Shown here piece after piece: positions 10,268 to 21,495 of a DNA stretch of 64,000 bases (position 1 is its first letter; every line of letters begins with the position of its first letter). The position numbers were made by a program, and so were the translations under genes. The notes under the pieces are model-generated. The model made no database searches and had not been told where the DNA came from. It was given only the letters and a program-made list of their open reading frames with translations. The DNA is from Escherichia coli (GTDB lineage: Bacteria; Pseudomonadota; Gammaproteobacteria; Enterobacterales; Enterobacteriaceae), in the NCBI RefSeq assembly GCF_016903815.1, contig NZ_CP069973.1; one strand, written 5' to 3'.

Positions 10268-11146
10268 TTAATAACCTTTAATCATTTTGAGCAGATACTG
10301 ACCATAAGCATTTTTTTTCAGCGGTTCAGCTAATACTTTCACCTGCTCAGCATCAATAAACCCTTTACGGTAAGCAATTTCTTCCGGGCAGGAAACTTTC
10401 AACCCCTGACGCTCTTCAATTGTAGCAATGAAGTTGCTTGCTTCAATAAGACTTTGATGTGTCCCCGTGTCCAGCCATGCATAACCACGCCCCATCATGG
10501 CAACGGATAAACGCCCCTGTTCCATATAAATACGGTTAATATCGGTAATTTCCAGTTCACCACGGGCAGAAGGCTGAAGGTTTTTCGCCATTTCCACAAC
10601 GTCGTTATCATAGAAATAAAGCCCGGTTACCGCATAATTACTTTTTGGTTGTAGCGGTTTTTCTTCAAGGCTAATTGCCGTACCGTTTTTATCAAACTCA
10701 ACGACACCATAGCGTTCAGGATCATTAACGTGATAGGCAAATACCGTTGCACCACTCTCTTTGTTAACAGCGGCATCCATTAACTTCGGCAGGTCGTGAC
10801 CGTAGAAGATATTATCACCAAGTACCAAAGCACAATCATCACCACCGATAAACTCTTCACCGATGATAAATGCCTGCGCAAGACCATCCGGACTCAGTTG
10901 CACTTTGTACTGAAGATTCAGGCCCCACTGGCTCCCGTCACCCAGCAGTTGTTGAAAACGAGGAGTATCCTGTGGCGTACTGATAATCAAAATATCGCGA
11001 ATACCCGCCAACATCAGTGTAGAGAGCGGGTAATAGATCATCGGTTTATCATAAATAGGTAATAGCTGTTTACTGACAGCCATAGTCACAGGATAAAGAC
11101 GAGTACCAGAACCGCCCGCTAAAATAATACCTTTACGCGTTTTCAT
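10268..11146 (-). CDS. rmlA: Glucose-1-phosphate thymidylyltransferase
   Basis: 292 aa; [21 protein letters not shown] nucleotidyltransferase motif, RmlA/RfbA. Confidence 0.9.
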   Translation of the reverse strand: MKTRKGIILAGGSGTRLYPVTMAVSKQLLPIYDKPMIYYPLSTLMLAGIRDILIISTPQDTPRFQQLLGDGSQWGLNLQYKVQLSPDGLAQAFIIGEEFIGGDDCALVLGDNIFYGHDLPKLMDAAVNKESGATVFAYHVNDPERYGVVEFDKNGTAISLEEKPLQPKSNYAVTGLYFYDNDVVEMAKNLQPSARGELEITDINRIYMEQGRLSVAMMGRGYAWLDTGTHQSLIEASNFIATIEERQGLKVSCPEEIAYRKGFIDAEQVKVLAEPLKKNAYGQYLLKMIKGY

Positions 11147-11203
11147 TTCATCATTCCTTTTAATTCATCTTGCTCCACCATCACGAACAAGATGCAAAAA
11201 CTA

Positions 11204-12103
11204 TTAAATAGCTGTAGTCGTAAATAATTCGTTGAGCATGCGTTTCACGCCAATCTGCCAGTCAGGCAAGACAAGCGCAAAGTTCTGCTGAAATTTTTCT
11301 GTATCAAGGCGAGAGTTATGCGGACGACGAGCTGGTGTAGGATAGGCTGTTGTTGGTACTGCGTTGAGCTTGTTGAGAGCAAGGGCAATGCCTGCTTTGC
11401 GCGCCTCTTCAAAAACGAGCGCAGCATAATCGTGCCAGGTTGTGGTACCACTGGCTACCAAATGGTACAAGCCTGCGACTTCCGGTTTATTCAGTGCTAC
11501 ACGAATGGCATGTGCCGTACAATCAGCCAGCAACTCTGCGCCAGTTGGCGCACCAAACTGATCATTAATAACGGCTAATTCTTCACGCTCTTTTGCCAGA
11601 CGTAACATTGTCTTGGCAAAATTGTTTCCTTTACCTGCATATACCCAGCTGGTCCGGAAAATAAGATGCTTCGCGCAATGTTCCTGTAACGCTTTTTCTC
11701 CGGCTAACTTGGTTTCACCGTAAACATTTAGCGGTGCGGTTGCATCCGTCTCCAGCCATGGCGTGTCGCCATTTCCAGGGAATACGTAGTCAGTTGAGTA
11801 ATGAATTACCCAAGCCCCAACTTCATTAGCCGCTTTTGCAATCGCTTCAACACTTGTCGCATTGAGTAATTGTGCAAATTCGGGTTCTGACTCAGCCTTA
11901 TCTACCGCGGTATGAGCAGCAGCATTAACAATAACGTCAGGACGAATTTTTTTGACGGTTTCAGCCACACCTTCTGGGTTACTAAAATCACCACAATAAT
12001 CAGTAGAGTGAACATCAAGAGCAATCAAATTACCCAAAGGTGCCAGCGCACGCTGTAGTTCCCAACCTACCTGCCCTGTTTTGCCGAAAAGGAGGATATT
12101 CAT
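11204..12103 (-). CDS. rmlD: dTDP-4-dehydrorhamnose reductase
   Basis: 299 aa; [24 protein letters not shown] is RmlD/RfbD. Confidence 0.9.
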   Translation of the reverse strand: MNILLFGKTGQVGWELQRALAPLGNLIALDVHSTDYCGDFSNPEGVAETVKKIRPDVIVNAAAHTAVDKAESEPEFAQLLNATSVEAIAKAANEVGAWVIHYSTDYVFPGNGDTPWLETDATAPLNVYGETKLAGEKALQEHCAKHLIFRTSWVYAGKGNNFAKTMLRLAKEREELAVINDQFGAPTGAELLADCTAHAIRVALNKPEVAGLYHLVASGTTTWHDYAALVFEEARKAGIALALNKLNAVPTTAYPTPARRPHNSRLDTEKFQQNFALVLPDWQIGVKRMLNELFTTTAI

Positions 12104-13188
12104 TACTGGCGGCCCTCATAGTTCTGTTCAATCCACGATTGATAGGCACCACTTTTCACATTATCAACCCATTTTGTATTGGACAGGTACCATTCCACTG
12201 TCTTCCGAATCCCGCTCTCAAACGTTTCCTGTGGTTTCCAACCCAATTCGCGGCTAATCTTCTCAGCATCAATCGCATAACGGCGATCATGTCCCGGGCG
12301 GTCGGCAACATAAGTAATTTGCTCACGATAAGATTTCTCTTTCGGTACAATCTCATCCAACAAATCACAAATAGTGAGCACTACATCGATGTTTTTCTTT
12401 TCGTTGTGTCCACCAATGTTATAAGTTTCACCCGCTTTACCTTCGGTTACGACGGTATATAACGCACGCGCATGATCTTCAACATACAGCCAGTCACGAA
12501 TTTGATCCCCTTTGCCATAAATAGGTAATGCCTTACCTTCCAGAGCATTAAGAATTACTAGTGGAATCAATTTTTCCGGAAAGTGATAAGGACCGTAGTT
12601 ATTCGAACAGTTAGTCACAATGGTCGGTAAACCATAGGTACGTTTCCACGCGCGGACTAAATGATCGCTGGATGCTTTTGATGCGGAATAAGGGCTGCTT
12701 GGCGCGTAAGCTGTCGTCTCAGTAAATAAGGGTAATTCTTCGTTATTATTTACTTCATCTGGATGAGGCAAATCACCATAGACTTCGTCAGTAGAAATAT
12801 GATGAAAACGGAAGCTATTTTTCTTGTCGCTATCAAGAGCAGACCAGTAATTGCGAGCGGCTTCCAAAAGGACATAAGTACCAACAATATTGGTTTCAAT
12901 AAATGCCGCAGGACCTGTAATTGAACGGTCAACATGGCTTTCAGCAGCCAGGTGCATCACTGCATCCGGCTGATGCTGAGCAAAAATCCGTGCCATTGCA
13001 GCAGCATCGCAAATATCCGCATGTTCAAAAATATAGCGTTCAGAATCAGAAACATCAGCAAGTGATTCCAGGTTTCCGGCGTACGTTAATTTATCGACAT
13101 TAACAACACTATCCTGCGTATTATTTATAATGTGACGAACTACAGCAGAACCAATAAATCCTGCGCCACCAGTAACAAGTATCTTCAC
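12103..13188 (-). CDS. rmlB: dTDP-glucose 4,6-dehydratase
   Basis: 361 aa; [21 protein letters not shown]...YxxxK SDR motif, RmlB/RfbB. Confidence 0.9.
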   Translation of the reverse strand: MKILVTGGAGFIGSAVVRHIINNTQDSVVNVDKLTYAGNLESLADVSDSERYIFEHADICDAAAMARIFAQHQPDAVMHLAAESHVDRSITGPAAFIETNIVGTYVLLEAARNYWSALDSDKKNSFRFHHISTDEVYGDLPHPDEVNNNEELPLFTETTAYAPSSPYSASKASSDHLVRAWKRTYGLPTIVTNCSNNYGPYHFPEKLIPLVILNALEGKALPIYGKGDQIRDWLYVEDHARALYTVVTEGKAGETYNIGGHNEKKNIDVVLTICDLLDEIVPKEKSYREQITYVADRPGHDRRYAIDAEKISRELGWKPQETFESGIRKTVEWYLSNTKWVDNVKSGAYQSWIEQNYEGRQ

Positions 13189-13263
13189 TCTTTTATTCCA
13201 TATTACTTCAGAGCATGCAGTGAAATAAGCGGCTCTTAGTTTGATTAATAGAGGTATTAATGC

Positions 13264-13275
13264 ACGCTACCGCCC
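13264..13275 (-). promoter_or_regulatory. ops element (GGCGGTAGCGTG) within a JUMPstart sequence upstream of the rml/O-antigen operon
   Basis: Exact 12-mer CACGCTACCGCC on the plus strand, which is GGCGGTAGCGTG in the direction of rmlB transcription, in the galF-rmlB intergenic region. Confidence 0.75.
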
Positions 13276-13559
13276 CTGGCTTTACTGCTACCAGTGCACT
13301 GCATGCATGTCTACGATGTGACGAGCGTTACCCACTCGCGCTTAGCTCGAAAAATTCAAACGCTAATTGTCTTACCAATCCGCTCTGGAAACAAGGAAAA
13401 TCCTGGAAAACTTTGACTAAAATCCTATTGCTAACTCGTTGTTATTCTGATTGTTTATATAAAACAACGGCAGGAATATTCGCAGCAAATTACTTTCGCC
13501 ACGAATCTTCACTGCCGTTATAATTTTCTTATCAACCGTTACATTCGGTCAGATTTTCA

Positions 13560-14453
13560 TTATTCGCTTAACAGCTTCTCAATACCTTTACGGAACTTCG
13601 CCCCTTCTTTCAGGTTGCGCAGTCCATACTTCACAAACGCCTGCATATAACCCATTTTTTTACCGCAGTCGTAGCTGTCACCTGTCATCAGCATGGCATC
13701 AACGGACTGTTTTTTCGCCAATTCAGCAATGGCATCAGTCAGTTGAATACGTCCCCATGCACCAGGCTGAGTGCGTTCAAGTTCCGGCCAAATATCGACA
13801 GAAAGCACATAGCGACCAACGGCCATGATGTCTGAGTCCAGTGTTTGCGGCTGATCCGGTTTTTCGATGAATTCAACAATGCGGCTGACTTTACCTTCGC
13901 AATCCAGCGGTTCTTTGGTCTGAATAACAGAGTATTCAGAGAGGTCACCCGGCATACGTTTTGCCAGCACCTGGCTACGACCCGTTTCGTTGAAACGTGC
14001 AATCATGGCAGCAAGGTTGTAGCGCAGCGGGTCGGCGCTGGCGTCGTCGATCACAACGTCTGGCAGCACCACGACAAATGGATTGTCACCAATGGCGGGT
14101 CGTGCACACAAAATGGAGTGACCTAAACCTAAAGGTTCGCCCTGACGCACGTTCATAATTGTCACGCCCGGCGGGCAAATGGACTGTACTTCCGCCAGCA
14201 GTTGGCGCTTCACGCGCTGCTCAAGGAGAGATTCTAATTCATAAGAGGTGTCGAAGTGGTTTTCGACCGCGTTCTTGGACGCGTGAGTCACCAGGAGGAT
14301 TTCTTTGATCCCTGCAGCCACAATCTCGTCAACAATGTACTGAATCATTGGCTTGTCGACGATCGGTAGCATCTCTTTGGGTATCGCCTTAGTGGCAGGC
14401 AACATATGCATCCCAAGACCCGCTACCGGTATAACTGCTTTTAAATTCGTCAT
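13560..14453 (-). CDS. galF: UTP-glucose-1-phosphate uridylyltransferase paralog GalF
   Basis: 297 aa; [43 protein letters not shown] is GalF/GalU family, in the conserved position upstream of the O-antigen cluster. Confidence 0.9.
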   Translation of the reverse strand: MTNLKAVIPVAGLGMHMLPATKAIPKEMLPIVDKPMIQYIVDEIVAAGIKEILLVTHASKNAVENHFDTSYELESLLEQRVKRQLLAEVQSICPPGVTIMNVRQGEPLGLGHSILCARPAIGDNPFVVVLPDVVIDDASADPLRYNLAAMIARFNETGRSQVLAKRMPGDLSEYSVIQTKEPLDCEGKVSRIVEFIEKPDQPQTLDSDIMAVGRYVLSVDIWPELERTQPGAWGRIQLTDAIAELAKKQSVDAMLMTGDSYDCGKKMGYMQAFVKYGLRNLKEGAKFRKGIEKLLSE

Positions 14454-14684
14454 TATTTTCCTACCTCTAAGTGGCTGATAGTGCGTAAATTATTGTCATA
14501 GGTTAGCCAAACGGTATGGCTATATACCAAGCATAACTTTGATTAAACCTTACGATAACACTACACACCATCAGCATCTGGGTTACTCGGATTACTCGGA
14601 AATCCACATACTGATAATTTAATCAGTACCTCATTCCGAATAATCGTAGTCCAACCTGGTCCTTTTTTCTCTGACTCGTCTGCA

Positions 14685-15680
14685 TTACTCAGAAACAAAC
14701 GTTATGTCGTCTTTTTTGGCATGGACGAATTCATACTGCAGAGTTCGATCCAGACCTTGCGACAGCGTATACGGTGCCACAAAACCTGAAGAATGCACTT
14801 TCGTTGCGTCAAACTGTGTTGTTGCGCAGAATTTTTTCACGCGCACAGAGCTGACAGCGTATTTTTTGCCCGTAATTTTGCTCAGGATATCAAAGCAATA
14901 TCCACCCAGCATTCCTAGTGGGTAAGGCAAGTGCATAGAAGGGATCTTTTTGTTCAGGCTTTGTTCAACTTCAGCAACCAACTGGTTCATGTTCAGGTCT
15001 GGCTTATCAACATAGTTATAAACCTCATAACCTGCGGCAACATTCTTCAGTTTGTACTTGATAAACTCAACAATGTTTCCAACATAAGCCATGGACTTAT
15101 AGTTAGTCCCTGCGCCCACCATCATAAACTTGCCGCCAGCGATCTGTTTCAGCAAGTTATAGACGTTACCGCGGTTGCGTTCACCGAAGATAACGGTAGG
15201 ACGGATGATAGTTAATGAACGTTCTGTTGGTGCTTTGTTATACCATTCACGTAGCACTTCCTCTGCCTGCCACTTACTTTTGCCGTAGTGGTTGAAAGGA
15301 TCGTGTGGATGGTTTTCGTCAGGGTTGTGTTTGTTCAAACCATAAATAGCAACGGAACTGGTAAAGATGATATTTTTAACGCCATTTTTTTCCATGGCCG
15401 CCAGCACATTGCGGGTACCCTGAACGTTGACATCATAATAGAGAGAAGTAGGGCTGACGTCATCGCGGTGTTCCGCTGCCAGTAGTACAACAGTGTCAAA
15501 ACCGGCTAACGCCTGGTCGAGTGCCTGTTGATCACGAACATCGCCAATCTGTGTGATTTCTGGATAAAAGTGGCTCTGCTGTTTGTCCAGGTTCTTGATA
15601 TTAAAGTCAGCAATTGCCGTTTCAAGTAGTCGGGTTCCTACGAATCCGGAAGCTCCTATGAGCAAAACGTTATCGTTCAT
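14685..15680 (-). CDS. gne: NAD-dependent sugar epimerase, Gne/Z3206-like
   Basis: 331 aa; MNDNVLLIGASGFVGTRLLE Rossmann motif, YGKSK catalytic motif; located between galF and wcaM, where gne sits in some E. coli serogroups (absent in K-12). Confidence 0.7.
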   Translation of the reverse strand: MNDNVLLIGASGFVGTRLLETAIADFNIKNLDKQQSHFYPEITQIGDVRDQQALDQALAGFDTVVLLAAEHRDDVSPTSLYYDVNVQGTRNVLAAMEKNGVKNIIFTSSVAIYGLNKHNPDENHPHDPFNHYGKSKWQAEEVLREWYNKAPTERSLTIIRPTVIFGERNRGNVYNLLKQIAGGKFMMVGAGTNYKSMAYVGNIVEFIKYKLKNVAAGYEVYNYVDKPDLNMNQLVAEVEQSLNKKIPSMHLPYPLGMLGGYCFDILSKITGKKYAVSSVRVKKFCATTQFDATKVHSSGFVAPYTLSQGLDRTLQYEFVHAKKDDITFVSE

Positions 15681-15837
15681 AAATCACTTTAGTCTGGTTG
15701 TTACGTAAGAAACACAAGATAAAGATGAGTACCTTCCCTGAGTAGTCAATGCTGCCCAGCCCCAGCTTTAACAGTTAGTGTGAGGATTATAATCTTTTAG
15801 AACATTATATCCAGTAAGTTTATGAATGGTCGCAAAT

Positions 15838-17232
15838 CTACTCTCTCCGTTCCGGCAATCTAAAGTTAATCTTTTCCACATTAACAATATGGTGATTAAT
15901 CCTGTCGATATCGACGGAGCTTTGCCCCGTTTCATTCACTGCATGAATATTCGCAAGTGAAAGCAGCGTCTCACGCTTTGCCATAAAGACGCCGCGAACG
16001 TCTTTGCGCATGTCGAAGTTCATGCGCAATGCGGCTCCAACTGAGGATTCCTGCATCACTTTGATATTACGCATAAAAAGATGCTGCGGTTTATTGTGAA
16101 GCTCCAGCGAGGCACGCTTCATCTCAATGTTAGTCAGTGCCACAAAGGAGGCAGCATTCCCGGCGGAGATTTGGATGCCGCGCAATTTATAAGCAAGATG
16201 GGTGTTATCCAGTTGAATATTATTCACTCGGAAATTTTGCGGTATCGAGAGATATTTGCCTTTAATTACCCCATAGCCGATTAACATCCCGGCGCTATTA
16301 ATCATTTCAATATTATCAACCACGAAATTGTCACAACCGTAAATAGCAACTGTCGCGTTATCAATGCCTGCTTTCTTACTGAAATCCGGCGTGATATTGC
16401 GGGCTTTGATATTACGAATAACAAAATGTTTACCATTTTCAACATGGATCAACTGCCGACAATCCGATCCCGTGATATTCGCCACGACAAAGTTTTTCAC
16501 TGCCTGATCTTCTGGGTAATTATTACCGTAAGTGCTTCCCGCAAGGCCTATGCCGATGCCCCAGTTGATTTTGCCGTTGGTACAGTTGATGCGCTCGATG
16601 ATGTGATCGGATATCAAAATATCGCGGTCGTTAATCGCCACGTTCCATTCAATGGCATCGCCCTGTAAGTCGCTGAACTTACAATTGGTGATGTTGGCAC
16701 CGATTATCTGGTTATGAAATCCTTGGCGTAAGATGGCGTAATTAGCGTGGCTGACAGTGAGGTTATCGATGGTCAGGTTACGCATGACCCGTTTGTTTTT
16801 GCCGCCGATATAGATCTGCGTCACCGGGCCAAAGCCGCTCATCGTCAGCCCTTTGATGGTGCAGTCAGAACCACGCACATCCAGGGTGATGTTATGCATA
16901 CTGCCGCCCTTCTCCCCTGTCACCTGGCTGCCGTCCTGTAAGACAAATCGCCCTCTGCCATTGCCGCGCAGGCTTCCAAGGATGTGTAACGTTTTACCTG
17001 CAGGAATGAAGATGCCGGTGTTGATATTGTCACAAACCAATCCGGCAGGCACGACGACTGTTTGCCCTTCGCTGAAGGCTTGTTTAAATGAGGCGATCCA
17101 GTCGTGTGGGTTGTAGTCGTTAATGTTAACGCTTTGTCGGGCGGGAAGTGCACGGGCGAAAGGGGTATGGAGGAAGGCAAGCGCCGAGCTTGCCGTCAGG
17201 AAGGTGCGTCGGGAGAGTTTTTTAAATGGCAT
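15838..17232 (-). CDS. wcaM: Colanic acid biosynthesis protein WcaM
   Basis: 464 aa with a Tat-like signal ([20 protein letters not shown]); matches WcaM in length and position. Confidence 0.85.
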   Translation of the reverse strand: MPFKKLSRRTFLTASSALAFLHTPFARALPARQSVNINDYNPHDWIASFKQAFSEGQTVVVPAGLVCDNINTGIFIPAGKTLHILGSLRGNGRGRFVLQDGSQVTGEKGGSMHNITLDVRGSDCTIKGLTMSGFGPVTQIYIGGKNKRVMRNLTIDNLTVSHANYAILRQGFHNQIIGANITNCKFSDLQGDAIEWNVAINDRDILISDHIIERINCTNGKINWGIGIGLAGSTYGNNYPEDQAVKNFVVANITGSDCRQLIHVENGKHFVIRNIKARNITPDFSKKAGIDNATVAIYGCDNFVVDNIEMINSAGMLIGYGVIKGKYLSIPQNFRVNNIQLDNTHLAYKLRGIQISAGNAASFVALTNIEMKRASLELHNKPQHLFMRNIKVMQESSVGAALRMNFDMRKDVRGVFMAKRETLLSLANIHAVNETGQSSVDIDRINHHIVNVEKINFRLPERRE

Positions 17233-17242
17233 ACGTTCTCCT

Positions 17243-18463
17243 CTATAAAGCTTGCAGCAAGCTGGCGAGTTCTCGATTGATCACCTGCTGGTTAAAATCG
17301 TGTTCAACTTTTTCGCGCGCGCGTTTGACGACCGGAGCCAATTTGTCGGTGTCCAGTTGGCTAAATGCCGCCAGGCGTTGCGCCAGCGCGCGAGCATCGT
17401 TCTCAGGCACCAGCCAGCCGGATTTATCGGCCTCCACCAATTCCGGTATTCCGCTATGCAGAGTAGAAACCACCGGAATGCCGACCGCCATCGCTTCCAT
17501 CAGCGCTACCGGAATGCCTTCCATATCGCCATCCGCGCCCGTTACCGATGGCAACAGGAAGACATCCGCGTCGTCGAGCATCGCTTTCACTTCGTGGCTC
17601 GGTTTAAAGCCCGGCATCTCTACCACATCTTCCAGTTGATATTGTTCGATGAGGGTACGCAGGCGTCGTTCCCACGGGCCAATGCCGAGGATGCGATAGC
17701 GAAATGCCATGCCCTGCTCTTTCAACTGACGGCAGGCTTCGATCGCCACATGCAGGCCTTTTTTTTCAGTTAAGCGTGCGACGGAGATGATTTCCAGCGG
17801 CGTTGCGGGCGCTTTCACCGGACGCGGGCTAAAGCGCGTCATGTCCACGCCCATACGCGATACGGCGATTTTTTCTCTGGGGCAGCCCATTTTTTGCAGC
17901 CTTCCGGCCCACAAATCGCTTATCGGTAACATCAGGTCGCCACGGCGAAACAGTTGCTGATATTCGGGAGTGTAATGGTTGAGCACTTCCCGACTGGAAA
18001 TATCAATGCCGTGGAAAATAGTGGCAATTTTGCCGCGAATGACACCCAGTTCGCGTAGTTTTGCTGCGGTTACCCCCGCCGGGCCAAAATGAGCGATGAA
18101 CACATCGGCGCGAAACGGTGTTGCGACCTGGCCGCAAATGGCAGACAAAATCAGGTTCCGCGACTCGGCACCATAGCGTTTGAGGTTGAGCGCCTGCCAG
18201 GTATTTTTACGATGAATGCCGCGCAAGGTCTGACTGGCGCGGTGGCGCAGCTTCGCCACTTTGCCCGTAGGTTCGTCCTGTAACCATCGGGTTCTGGCGG
18301 CAAGGTTGTATTTCGTCCATGCCGCGTGGGTGTTTTGTGTGTCGCCTTTTTGCAGCGCGACAATCTCCACCTCAAAGCCCATATCAATAAACGCGGTAAT
18401 TTGGTTGAGGACGAAGGTTTCCGACGACAGCGGAAATTTCAGTAAAAAGAAGCCAACCTTCAT
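17243..18463 (-). CDS. wcaL: Colanic acid glycosyltransferase WcaL
   Basis: 406 aa GT-B glycosyltransferase in the expected position. Confidence 0.85.
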   Translation of the reverse strand: MKVGFFLLKFPLSSETFVLNQITAFIDMGFEVEIVALQKGDTQNTHAAWTKYNLAARTRWLQDEPTGKVAKLRHRASQTLRGIHRKNTWQALNLKRYGAESRNLILSAICGQVATPFRADVFIAHFGPAGVTAAKLRELGVIRGKIATIFHGIDISSREVLNHYTPEYQQLFRRGDLMLPISDLWAGRLQKMGCPREKIAVSRMGVDMTRFSPRPVKAPATPLEIISVARLTEKKGLHVAIEACRQLKEQGMAFRYRILGIGPWERRLRTLIEQYQLEDVVEMPGFKPSHEVKAMLDDADVFLLPSVTGADGDMEGIPVALMEAMAVGIPVVSTLHSGIPELVEADKSGWLVPENDARALAQRLAAFSQLDTDKLAPVVKRAREKVEHDFNQQVINRELASLLQAL

Positions 18464-19740
18464 TTCGCCTCCCCAATGCGTTCCAGTACGGACTGCACCA
18501 TCTGCATTCCTGTCTGACGCTCACGACTGACGGCTTCGCTAAGTCGTGCGTTCAGCGCCGGAAGCTGGCCTAAGGTATCCGCAACCATCGCTTGCAGGCT
18601 GCCGTCCAGTAAATGACGGATATCAATCGCCATCTCCGGTAGTCCCAACTGCTGCATAATCCCGGCGGATTTATGTTCATAGTTGATGGCAATCGCCGGA
18701 GTAGCAAAGTTCATTGAGATAATGGCGGAGTGCAGGCGCGTACCGACGGTGAGTTCACAGGCCCCCAGAATTTTGCCCATTTCCAGATCGTTGAGTTCAT
18801 CCATCACTACGTGATAACGGGCAGGATCGCTGATGTGCTGGCGTAGGTTGAGCGCCACCATGCGGTCGTCTTTGTTATAGCTGTCGATGCCCGTACAGGT
18901 GGATAGCGCAATCACCTGATACCCTTCGTCGAGAATGCGATTGACCACCCCGGCAAAGGCTTTTTCATACGCTTGTTGAGTGGTGCCGAGACGTTTGTCG
19001 AACGGTGCCAGTTCGCGCAGGGTAATTGCCACCGTTTTCTGTTGTGCGGCAACGTCCAGCCAGTGTTGGACGGCATAGCTGGCGGTGAAATCTTCTGTGT
19101 GGTGATCGACCAGCCACGCGGTATCGACGCCATCTTCCACTTTTGCAGTGGTGATATTGCTGCGTTTCATCAGTTCGAGACTGACCGATTCGCGCAGGAT
19201 CAGCGCGTTACAGTGACCAAAAACGTAGTTCGCCAGTTGGTTAAATTGCTCATCCTGGAAGGGACCGACGCTGTGACCAATCATAAACAGCGGCTTTTTC
19301 GCCATAAATGTGCAAAGCGCATGTTCAAACTGCGGCACGCCGTAGAGATCGACAAAAAACGATCCGCCGACCTGAATAATGGCGTCGTAACCTGACAGCA
19401 GGCGCACGAAGTCGGTGAATCCCTGGGCGATGGCGATATTACGCAGCTTGCCAGTGTCAGTGACGCGTGAGAGCAATACCTGGTGTTGATAGCGGCGACG
19501 GAGGACTTTTTTAACGCGCCCGACAACGCCCGCCGCGCTGTTGTGTTGTTTCATTTGCAGGAACAGCGGATCGCCCATTACCGGGCGGTTGAGCAGCCAG
19601 GAAGAACTGACCGGATAGCGGCTCATCACGTCCACTTCGGCTTGTGGATTGAGGATGTTGATGGCATCAAGTAAGCCGCGCAAGATGGCGCTGTCGCCAC
19701 GATTGCCGCAAGTGTGGTTGCCCAGAATAAGTAATTTCAT
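18460..19740 (-). CDS. wcaK: Colanic acid pyruvyl transferase WcaK
   Basis: 426 aa; MKLLILGNHTCGNRGDSAIL is the polysaccharide pyruvyl transferase N-terminus. Confidence 0.85.
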   Translation of the reverse strand: MKLLILGNHTCGNRGDSAILRGLLDAINILNPQAEVDVMSRYPVSSSWLLNRPVMGDPLFLQMKQHNSAAGVVGRVKKVLRRRYQHQVLLSRVTDTGKLRNIAIAQGFTDFVRLLSGYDAIIQVGGSFFVDLYGVPQFEHALCTFMAKKPLFMIGHSVGPFQDEQFNQLANYVFGHCNALILRESVSLELMKRSNITTAKVEDGVDTAWLVDHHTEDFTASYAVQHWLDVAAQQKTVAITLRELAPFDKRLGTTQQAYEKAFAGVVNRILDEGYQVIALSTCTGIDSYNKDDRMVALNLRQHISDPARYHVVMDELNDLEMGKILGACELTVGTRLHSAIISMNFATPAIAINYEHKSAGIMQQLGLPEMAIDIRHLLDGSLQAMVADTLGQLPALNARLSEAVSRERQTGMQMVQSVLERIGEAK

Positions 19741-19801
19741 TTTTTCCTCATAAATTTGATGCCAGGTGAGGCTGCGTTTGTTTTGTTCGTTGCCGCTTTT
19801 T

Positions 19802-19990
19802 GCCTGATGCGACGCTGACGCGTCTTATCAGGCCTACAAGACCCGAGCACAGAACCGTAGGCCGGATAAGGCGTTCACGCCGCATCCGGCATTCAGTGCC
19901 TGATGCGACGCTGACGCGTCTTATCAGGCCTACAGGTCCCGAGCACAGAACCGTAGGATGGATAAGGCGTTTTACGCCGCATCCGGCAAC
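19802..19990. repeat. Cluster of REP (repetitive extragenic palindromic) units between wcaK and wzxC
   Basis: Repeated gcctgatgcgacgctgacgcgtcttatcaggcctaca units in alternating orientation. Confidence 0.8.
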
Positions 19991-20015
19991 CGTTGTCGGA
20001 ACCGAAAACAGCAAC

Positions 20016-21494
20016 TCACCCCGCCCGTAAAAGCATTTTCATTTTTTCGCTGCGACAAAACTGACGCTTCACTTCCACCACCAGCGGATGGCGCGACAGC
20101 ACAATCATCACCACAAACGCCAGCACGCCCGCGGCTATTTGCACCGCCAGCAGCATCCCCAGCGCCAGTTGCCCTTTCAGCACAATGCCCAGCGCATAAC
20201 TAACCACCAGCGTCGGCAGCGAGAGGTAAAACGGCAGCCACAAACTCAGGATGTACTGGCGATAACTGGAACCAAGAACCGGTTTAATCATCACGAAGTA
20301 ACTCAGAATGGTGTTGATAATCTGCACCAGCAGGAAACCGAGCGTGACGCCGATTGCGCCCGCCATCTGCCCACCAATAACAATCGCCGGAATAAACAGA
20401 AAGGTTTTGAATACGTTGAATTTAAAGCTGATGTCGACCCGCGCTTTCGCCATCAGCAGCGAACCAATCGGGTTACCCACGGAGCGCAGCAGACCCACAA
20501 TACACAGCAATTGCAGCACCGGAATAATGCTGTTCCACTTTTCGCCGAATACCAGCGGTACGAAGTTATTCGACACCACCATCAGCCCCAGCAGCGCCGG
20601 AAAGTTGATAATCCCCACTACCGACAGCAGCTTGTAGAAGTTAACACGCAGCTTTTCGGTATCGTCCTGAATTTTGGCGAATGCCGGAAACAACACGCGG
20701 GTGATGATGGGGTTCAGCTTCATCGGTGGCACAACGGCCACGTTGTACGCCAGGTTGTACCCCCCTGCCACGCTCGCGCCGAGAATACGCGCCAGCACCA
20801 GCGTTGAAAGGTTGGTATTGAGATAGTTGATGATGCTGTCCGCCGTCAGCCAGGCACCAAAGCGTAAGTTCGGTGCCACCGACGCCAGCGAGAAATGCAG
20901 ACCGGGGCGATAAATTTTGCGACCAAAGTAGCCAAACAGCAGCGTTCTTACCGCACTATTGACCAGATAACCGAGGATCGCGGTCATCGCCAGCGGCCAG
21001 AAATGGGCGCTAACCACCGTAAAAGTGAAGCCCGCCAGCACCGCGCTGGTTTCGATCATGCCGATTTTGTTGAACTCCAGTTCCTTCTGCATCAACGCGC
21101 GGAACTGCTGCCCGTGGGGGATCACCACAAACGCCAGCGACAATGTTTTAATCAACGGTGCCAGGTCCGGGTTGTTCAGCACGTCGCCGATGAGATCACT
21201 CAACAAAAACACCGCCACGCACACCACAAGCCCCAGCCCGACGTTCAGCCAGTACAACGTGGTGAGTTCAAGGTGGCTGATTTCTTTTCGCTGAATAATC
21301 GAGTTAGCGATACCAAAGTCAGAAAGCGTATCTGCCAGCGCGATGATCACCAGCGACACGGTAAGCAAACCGAACTGGTGGTTGTCGATAATCCGCGCCA
21401 GCACGGTCATCTGCACCAGCCCGAGGCCGATGATGATCACCGTGGCAATCGCCGACCACTTCGCGCCGCTGATGGTTTTTTCACGTAAGCTCAT
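20016..21494 (-). CDS. wzxC: Colanic acid repeat-unit flippase
   Basis: 492 aa polytopic MOP-family protein beginning MSLREKTISGAKWSAIATVIIIGLG. Confidence 0.9.
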   Translation of the reverse strand: MSLREKTISGAKWSAIATVIIIGLGLVQMTVLARIIDNHQFGLLTVSLVIIALADTLSDFGIANSIIQRKEISHLELTTLYWLNVGLGLVVCVAVFLLSDLIGDVLNNPDLAPLIKTLSLAFVVIPHGQQFRALMQKELEFNKIGMIETSAVLAGFTFTVVSAHFWPLAMTAILGYLVNSAVRTLLFGYFGRKIYRPGLHFSLASVAPNLRFGAWLTADSIINYLNTNLSTLVLARILGASVAGGYNLAYNVAVVPPMKLNPIITRVLFPAFAKIQDDTEKLRVNFYKLLSVVGIINFPALLGLMVVSNNFVPLVFGEKWNSIIPVLQLLCIVGLLRSVGNPIGSLLMAKARVDISFKFNVFKTFLFIPAIVIGGQMAGAIGVTLGFLLVQIINTILSYFVMIKPVLGSSYRQYILSLWLPFYLSLPTLVVSYALGIVLKGQLALGMLLAVQIAAGVLAFVVMIVLSRHPLVVEVKRQFCRSEKMKMLLRAG

Positions 21495-21495
21495 A

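Noticed and set aside
13260-13523. 87-aa plus-strand ORF in the galF-rmlB intergenic region
   Set aside because: Lies in the JUMPstart/ops leader of the rml operon on the opposite strand; no RBS or motif support.
19748-20030. Two short ORFs (88 and 76 aa) between wcaK and wzxC
   Set aside because: They are translations of the REP palindromes (repeated LIRPT...RTVG strings on both strands), not genes.
20088-20807. 239-aa plus-strand ORF inside wzxC (also 26372..27211 in wcaI, 28730..29527 in gmd, 36335..36919 in wzc, 39300..39923 antisense to yegH)
   Set aside because: All lie antisense within confidently assigned genes and have Arg/His/Gln-rich, low-complexity translations typical of spurious antisense frames.
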